Assembly: GCA_028707125.1 (NCBI GenBank)
Contig: JAQTUX010000001.1
Location: 977,493 to 1,041,492 of the forward strand
Reading direction: 5' to 3'
Length of the DNA: 64,000 bases
From: Candidatus Omnitrophota bacterium
GTDB taxonomy: Bacteria; Omnitrophota; Gorgyraeia; Gygaellales; JAQTUX01
A program made the translations under genes and the position numbers. Shown here piece by piece: positions 58,505 through 64,000 of the stretch. Within the stretch, counting starts at the first letter, position 1. Every line of letters starts with the position of its first letter. The notes beneath the pieces were generated by a model, which had not been told where the DNA came from, did not search any database, and saw nothing but the letters and a program-made list of their open reading frames with translations.

Positions 58505-61500
58505 ATGCCTCATTCCGATTTTGTCCATCTGCACGTCCACACTCAGTATTCTCTCCTTGACGGCGCCTGCCGTATACCCGAACTGATAAATACAGCCGTA
58601 CACCACAAGATGCCTGCCCTGGCAATTACAGACCATGGCAACATGTTCGGGGCCATTGAATTTTATCTTGAATGCCAGAAACAGGGGATAAAACCCATTA
58701 TCGGCTGCGAGGCATACATAGCTCCCGTAAGCCGCCTTAATAAAGAGCCGTCCGGAATACAAGAGGCCGCTAACCATTTTATACTGCTGGCAAAAGACGA
58801 AGAGGGCTACAGGAACCTCTGTAAACTTGTTTCCATCGGATACATTGAAGGCTTCTATTACCGCCCGCGGATAGACAAGGAAGTGCTGGCGCGATACTCA
58901 AAAGGCCTGATAGGGCTTTCCGCCTGCCTTAAAGGGGAAATACCCTGCCTCATACAGGAAAACCGGTATAATGACGCCTTAAAGGCGGCTGACGATTTCC
59001 TCAATATTATGGGTAAGGGCAACTTTTTCCTTGAGATCCAGGAGAACGGCATCCCCGAACAAAAAAAGGTCAATGAGCACCTGTTAAAGATAGCCAGGGA
59101 ATTATCAATAGGCGTAGCCGCCACAAACGACCTGCATTACCTCAAAAGGGAGGACTCCGCGGCGCATGAGGCGCTGCTCTGTATCCAGACCCAGAACACG
59201 CTTGCCGACCCCGGCCATATGAAATTCCAGACAGACGAGTTTTATTTCAAGACCCCTGATGAGATGAAAAAGATGTTCGGGGATACGCCTGAGGCGATAA
59301 AAAATACTCTCCTGATCGCGGAGTTATGCAATCTGGAAATGGACTTTTCCAAGATACACCTTCCATCTTATCATCCTCCCGACGGCAAGAACTGCCAGGA
59401 ATTTTTGAGGCGCCTGTGCGATGAAGGCCTGCGCAGAAGGTTCAAAGAAGTATCCGCGCGTATAAGCCAACGGCTGAAACAGGAACTCACCATAATAGAA
59501 AAGATGGGCTTTGACAGCTACTTTCTTATTGTCTGGGATTTCATAGACTATGCCAGGAAACAAGGCATACCGGTAGGGCCGGGCAGAGGTTCTGCCGCCG
59601 GAAGCCTGGTCAGTTACCTGCTAGGTATTACCGACATAGACCCGCTGCAATACAACCTGATCTTTGAAAGATTCCTTAATCCTGAAAGGATGGGCCTGCC
59701 TGACATAGACATTGATTTCTGTTACGAAAGAAGGCAGGAGGTCATTGATTATGTGGCGCAGAAATACGGCAAGGATAACGTCGCCCAGATCATAACCTTC
59801 GGGACCATGCAGGCGCGCGCCGTGGTCAGGGACGTAGGCAGGGTGATGAGCATACCTTATGCCGATGTTGACAGGATCGCCAAGCTGATACCTTATGACT
59901 CAGTCACTTCTTTAAGGGGCGCGGTGGAACAGGAGCCGGAACTGAATAAGATGTACAAGACCGACCAGCAGATCGAGCAGCTTATGAGCACCGCCTTTTC
60001 TCTGGAGGGCATGACGCGGCATGCCTCCATACATGCCGCCGGCGTAGTGATCACGGATAAACCCCTCACTGATTACCTGCCCTTGTTCAAGACCGGAGAC
60101 GACCAGATCACCACGCAATACAGCATGGGCATATTGGAAAAGATAGGCCTGCTCAAAATGGACTTTCTGGGCCTGCGGACGCTGACGGTAATAGACCAGG
60201 CCGTCAAGATAATCAAGAGGACAAAGGGCGTGGATATAAATATTGAGGAGCTGCCGTTTGACGATAAAAATACCTTCCGGCTGCTGGCCTCCGCCCATAC
60301 AGGCGGCATATTTCAAATAGAAAGTTCGGGCATGCGCGACCTCTTGAAGAAATTGATCCCCGAACGCTTTGAGGACCTGATCGCCCTGCTTGCTTTATAC
60401 AGGCCCGGCCCCATCGGCTCAGGCATGCTTGATGACTTTATCCAGAGGAAGCACGGCAGAGTAGCCATAAGGTATGACCATAAGAGCATGGAGCCGATAC
60501 TGGCTGAGACATACGGGATCATTGTCTATCAGGAACAGGTAATGCAGATAGCCTCTTCACTGGCGGGTTTCACGATGACGCAGGCGGATATGCTGCGCCG
60601 CGCCATAGCGAAGAAGATACCGGAAGTCATGGAAGAGCAGCGCAAGATATTTATCGACGGCTGCCTGAAAAAGAACATCAAGAGGGGGCTGGCGGAAAAG
60701 ATATTTGATCTGATTGAGTACTTTTCGGGGTACGGCTTCAACAAATCACATTCAGCGGCGTACGCGATGATCTCCTATCGCACCGCCTACCTCAAGGCCA
60801 ATTACCCCGTTGAGTTCATGTCCGCGCTTCTTACCTCAGAATGCGATAATACGGATAAGATAGTGGAATACGTGAACGAAGCTGAAAGGATGGGGATAAA
60901 GGTCCTGCCGCCGGACATAAACGAGAGTTTTATGAACTTCGCGGTAATAGACGATAATACCATAAGGTTCGGGCTCAAGGCGGTCAAGAATGTGGGCGCC
61001 GGCGCCATTGAATCCATCGTCAGATCGCGCGGCGAAAAGGGCGCGTTCAAATCTCTGGACGATTTCTGCCAGCGCGTTGACCTGCGCCTGGTGAACAAAA
61101 AGGTGACGGAAAGCTTGATCAAATGCGGGGCGTTTGATTCATTCAAGCTCTACCGCGCGCAGATGATGGCCGCGCTTTCTTACTGTCTTGATTCGGCCTC
61201 AAGACTGCAAAGAGAGCGTTCCAGCGGCCAGTTGTCCTTCTTTGGCGACGGCCCGGGAAATAATCCGGCATTCAACACAAAGGGCACGGACATCCCGGAT
61301 ATAAAGGAGTGGCCTGAGCCGCAGCTGCTCGCCTTTGAAAAAGAGATGCTGGGATTTTATATAAGCGGCCATCCGCTTGCCGGATACGCGAAGACCCTCA
61401 AGCGCTTCGTGTCCTGCCATACGGGAAACATTACATCGCAGTCAGACGGGCAGACGGTAAAACTGCTCGGCCTTATCGCCAAGATCAAACAGACGCTTAC

Positions 61501-61945
61501 ACGGGCCAAACAGGAAAAAATGGCTATATTGAAGTTAGAGGACCTGGAGGGTTCGGTTGAAGTGCTGGTATTTCCTCAGACCTTTCAACAGTACTGGCGC
61601 AACCTTCAGCCGAATAACGTCGTGCTGGTGAAAGGGCGGTTAGTCCTCAAAGAAGAAACGCCCAAGATAATCGCCAGCGAAATACAACCCATTGAACATA
61701 TCTACAATTCAATAAGTTCCGTAAATATAGACCTGACCGGCTTAAAGGAGAATGTCCTTAAGAGCCTCAAAGAACGCCTGGCCTCTTCTCCCGGCAAGGT
61801 ACCGGTCCTGCTTCATTTAAATAACGGAGGCAGGCAGAACGTCCAGATCATGGTAGGACAGGGTTTCTTCATTACTCCCACACCCGAACTTATCCGCGAC
61901 TTTGAAGAGCTTATCGGAGAAAAAAAATTTTCCTTTATAGTCTAG
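58505..61945 (+). CDS. dnaE: DNA polymerase III alpha subunit
   Basis: 1146 aa; PHP domain HLHVHTQYSLLDGA, the pol III core (GRGSAAGSLVSYLLGITDIDP), and an OB-fold C-terminus. Confidence 0.95.
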   Translation: MPHSDFVHLHVHTQYSLLDGACRIPELINTAVHHKMPALAITDHGNMFGAIEFYLECQKQGIKPIIGCEAYIAPVSRLNKEPSGIQEAANHFILLAKDEEGYRNLCKLVSIGYIEGFYYRPRIDKEVLARYSKGLIGLSACLKGEIPCLIQENRYNDALKAADDFLNIMGKGNFFLEIQENGIPEQKKVNEHLLKIARELSIGVAATNDLHYLKREDSAAHEALLCIQTQNTLADPGHMKFQTDEFYFKTPDEMKKMFGDTPEAIKNTLLIAELCNLEMDFSKIHLPSYHPPDGKNCQEFLRRLCDEGLRRRFKEVSARISQRLKQELTIIEKMGFDSYFLIVWDFIDYARKQGIPVGPGRGSAAGSLVSYLLGITDIDPLQYNLIFERFLNPERMGLPDIDIDFCYERRQEVIDYVAQKYGKDNVAQIITFGTMQARAVVRDVGRVMSIPYADVDRIAKLIPYDSVTSLRGAVEQEPELNKMYKTDQQIEQLMSTAFSLEGMTRHASIHAAGVVITDKPLTDYLPLFKTGDDQITTQYSMGILEKIGLLKMDFLGLRTLTVIDQAVKIIKRTKGVDINIEELPFDDKNTFRLLASAHTGGIFQIESSGMRDLLKKLIPERFEDLIALLALYRPGPIGSGMLDDFIQRKHGRVAIRYDHKSMEPILAETYGIIVYQEQVMQIASSLAGFTMTQADMLRRAIAKKIPEVMEEQRKIFIDGCLKKNIKRGLAEKIFDLIEYFSGYGFNKSHSAAYAMISYRTAYLKANYPVEFMSALLTSECDNTDKIVEYVNEAERMGIKVLPPDINESFMNFAVIDDNTIRFGLKAVKNVGAGAIESIVRSRGEKGAFKSLDDFCQRVDLRLVNKKVTESLIKCGAFDSFKLYRAQMMAALSYCLDSASRLQRERSSGQLSFFGDGPGNNPAFNTKGTDIPDIKEWPEPQLLAFEKEMLGFYISGHPLAGYAKTLKRFVSCHTGNITSQSDGQTVKLLGLIAKIKQTLTRAKQEKMAILKLEDLEGSVEVLVFPQTFQQYWRNLQPNNVVLVKGRLVLKEETPKIIASEIQPIEHIYNSISSVNIDLTGLKENVLKSLKERLASSPGKVPVLLHLNNGGRQNVQIMVGQGFFITPTPELIRDFEELIGEKKFSFIV

Positions 61946-61962
61946 CCCCCTGCATTTTTTCC

Positions 61963-61991
61963 TTGATTTCATAAGGTTTTGCTGGTATTAT
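61963..61991 (+). promoter_or_regulatory. Candidate promoter for hup
   Basis: TTGATT, a 17-nt spacer, then TATTAT, followed by a ~135-nt leader containing two stable hairpins (gtagatttc/gaaatctac and gcgcaacaacttacg/cgtaagttgtgcgc). Confidence 0.4.
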
Positions 61992-62127
61992 AGTTACAAA
62001 GTTATCCCTCGCGTAAGCGCTTGTAGATTTCTTCGAAATCTACTGCGCACGCTTCGGGATCAATTCGCGCAACAACTTACGTCACTTCGTTCCGTAAGTT
62101 GTGCGCTCATTGAGGAGGTGTAAGAGT

Positions 62128-62400
62128 ATGACAAAGAAAGATATAGTGCTGAAGGTTGCCGATGAAACCGGCATCAAACAGACCGACGTAAAAAAGGTGG
62201 TGCAAAAGAGTTTTGACTGTATCATTGAAGGCCTGGCACGCGGCGAAAAGATAGAACTGCGCAATTTCGGTGTCTTCAAGATCAAGCAAAGACGGCCGCG
62301 CACAGGCAGAAACCCCAGGACGGGAGAGGCTGTTCCGGTGCCTTCCAGAAAAGTGGCGATTTTTAAGCCGGGTTTGGAGATGAAACAAAAGATCAAATAA
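62128..62400 (+). CDS. hup: DNA-binding protein HU
   Basis: MTKKDIVLKVADETGIKQTDVKKVV...GEKIELRNFGVFKIKQRRPRTGRNPRTGEAV.VP...FKPG; RBS GAGGAGGTG. Confidence 0.9.
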   Translation: MTKKDIVLKVADETGIKQTDVKKVVQKSFDCIIEGLARGEKIELRNFGVFKIKQRRPRTGRNPRTGEAVPVPSRKVAIFKPGLEMKQKIK

Positions 62401-63653
62401 TGTATAAGACAATCAGGGGCACAAAAGATATTCTGCCTGAAGAGGCGCTATTGTGGCAGGAGGCCGAAAGCAGGGCGCGGCGTATCTTTGCTGTTTACGG
62501 ATATAAAGAGATCCGCACGCCGCTATTGGAAGAGGCCGAGCTGTTCAACCGCTCTTTGGGTGAAACCACCGAGATAGTCCAGAAGCAGATGTTCTTGATC
62601 AAAAGGGACAGCGACACGATCGCCCTGAGGCCGGAAGGCACGGCCTCTGTAGTCAGAGCATGGCTGGAAAACCATCTGGACAAACAAGAGCATTTTTCCA
62701 AACTGTATTATCTGGGGCCGATGTTCCGCGCGGAACGCCCGCAAAAGGGGCGCTTGAGGCAGTTTCATCACATCGGATGCGAGGCGATCGGTTCCCTTAG
62801 CGCGGAATTGGACGTTGAGGTCATTTCTCTGTTAAACAGGATCCTCGGCGAAATAGGGGTAAAGGATTTTGAATTAAGGATAAACAGCCTTGGCTGCGCC
62901 GAAGATAAAAAAAGATTATCGGCCGCGCTCAAGAAGTCGCTGAAGGGGCAGTTAAAAGAGCTCTGCGAGGACTGCGTTGAGCGTTACCAGAGAAACGTAC
63001 TGAGGATACTGGACTGTAAAAAAACCGAATGCAAAGAGGCGGTCGGCAAGCTGGACATCCTTGACAGTTACCTGTGTGAGGAATGCGGCAGCCACTTCAA
63101 AAGCGTATTAGAAGGCCTTTCTTCTTCGGGTATACCATATAAAATGTCAAACCAACTGGTCAGAGGGCTTGACTACTACACGAGGACGGTGTTTGAAGCG
63201 ACATCGGATAAACTGGGTTCGCAGGACGCGCTTGCCGCCGGAGGAAGATATGACATGCTGATAAAAGAACTTGGCGGCGATACTGAAGGGGCGGTAGGTT
63301 TCGCGCTGGGCGTGGAAAGGGCGATGCTTTCAATGGATGGCGGGCTTAAAATACCGCAGCATCAACTTCAGGCATACATCATCCCTTTATCACGGAATGC
63401 GCGCCAGGCCTGCCTCAATACTCTCCAGGCGTTGAGAAATAATAATATAATATCGGATATGGATTATGAAAACAGGTCGCTAAAGGCGAATATGCGCAAG
63501 GCAAATGATATCGGCGCGAGGTTTGCCCTGCTTGTGGGCGACGATGAAATAAGCAATAAATCCGTAGCCATAAAAGACATGCTATCGGGAACGCAGGAAT
63601 CGGTCGCCGTAGATAACTTGCAGCGTATTTTAAAGGATAAACTGGGATCATGA
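62400..63653 (+). CDS. hisS: Histidine--tRNA ligase
   Basis: Class II motifs (GTKDILPEE..., RPEGTASVVRA, GGRYD) and a C-terminal anticodon-binding domain. Confidence 0.9.
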   Translation: MYKTIRGTKDILPEEALLWQEAESRARRIFAVYGYKEIRTPLLEEAELFNRSLGETTEIVQKQMFLIKRDSDTIALRPEGTASVVRAWLENHLDKQEHFSKLYYLGPMFRAERPQKGRLRQFHHIGCEAIGSLSAELDVEVISLLNRILGEIGVKDFELRINSLGCAEDKKRLSAALKKSLKGQLKELCEDCVERYQRNVLRILDCKKTECKEAVGKLDILDSYLCEECGSHFKSVLEGLSSSGIPYKMSNQLVRGLDYYTRTVFEATSDKLGSQDALAAGGRYDMLIKELGGDTEGAVGFALGVERAMLSMDGGLKIPQHQLQAYIIPLSRNARQACLNTLQALRNNNIISDMDYENRSLKANMRKANDIGARFALLVGDDEISNKSVAIKDMLSGTQESVAVDNLQRILKDKLGS

Positions 63654-64000
63654 AGAGGACTCATACTTGCGGACAGCTTACCGAGAACAATGTGGGCAAA
63701 GAAGCGGTGCTCTGCGGCTGGGTGCACAGCAGGCGCGATCACGGTAAACTGATCTTTATAGACATAAGGGACAGGGACGGGCTTACACAGGTCGTGTTCA
63801 TCCCTAAGGAAGCGCCTGAGGCCCATAAGATAGCACAGGACCTGAGGCCTGAATTCGTGATCTCCTTGAAAGGCATCGTAAATTTAAGGCCTGAAGGCAC
63901 GCAAAACCCCCGTATTAAAACCGGGATGGTCGAGGTGCTGGCAAAGGAGCTTGAGATATTAAACCAGGCCAAGACGCCTGTTTTTGAAATAGGCGATGCT
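63650..64000 (+). CDS. aspS: Aspartate--tRNA ligase, N-terminal part (continues beyond the window)
   Basis: MKRTHTCGQLTENNVGKEAVLCGWVHSRRDHGKLIFIDIRDRDGLTQVV... is the AspRS anticodon-binding OB fold. ATGA overlap with the hisS stop; the frame is still open at the window end. Confidence 0.8.
   Translation, partial: MKRTHTCGQLTENNVGKEAVLCGWVHSRRDHGKLIFIDIRDRDGLTQVVFIPKEAPEAHKIAQDLRPEFVISLKGIVNLRPEGTQNPRIKTGMVEVLAKELEILNQAKTPVFEIGDA

Overview
This 64-kb window is a bacterial chromosomal segment of roughly 50% GC. All ~75 supportable genes lie on the + strand and are densely packed, often with 1-4 nt start/stop overlaps. Most of the content is housekeeping. It begins with the 3' part of rpoD, a tRNA(CAU) and a tRNA-Val, then a COG1579 zinc-ribbon gene, rnhA and RNase P RNA. 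Next come yebC-ruvC-ruvA-scpB and the aromatic cluster pheA-hisC-aroF-tyrA, followed by cmk, lepA-lepB-pgsA-plsY, groES/groEL with a CIRCE operator, gatCAB, ctpA, a YibQ-like gene and tsaD. A less ordinary block follows. It contains an MgtC-like gene, a bactofilin fused to an excisionase-type HTH domain, a second HTH protein with a TM helix, a LarB-like and an FmdE-like gene, and a Wood-Ljungdahl corrinoid/methyl-branch module (acsC, RACo, cooC/acsF, acsD, acsE). No CODH/ACS catalytic subunits are in the window. After that come tRNA-Met, tilS, ftsH, folP (with an N-terminal extension), cdaA, pdxJ, acpS, nnr, recX, alaS, hisD-hisB-hisH-hisA-(lipoprotein)-hisF-hisI, trpE, rpsP, yajC, secDF, a truncated mini-Mfd, surA-like, pdxA, rsmA, a CBS-less IMPDH-family gene, guaA, dnaE, hup, hisS and the 5' end of aspS. 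The most unusual feature is non-coding. There are three families of intergenic imperfect palindromes built from short degenerate units. Family A (about 115 bp) has three near-identical copies plus a fragment, each sitting on a gene stop codon, and one copy is fused in-frame into nnr. Family B lies between acsD and acsE. A CCAAT/ATTGG palindrome lies between tyrA and cmk. A separate conserved double-hairpin element (CACAC-N4-GTGTG cores with UUAC and GUAA loops) sits immediately 5' of gatC, hisB and trpE. No transposase, integrase, CRISPR array or rRNA was found.
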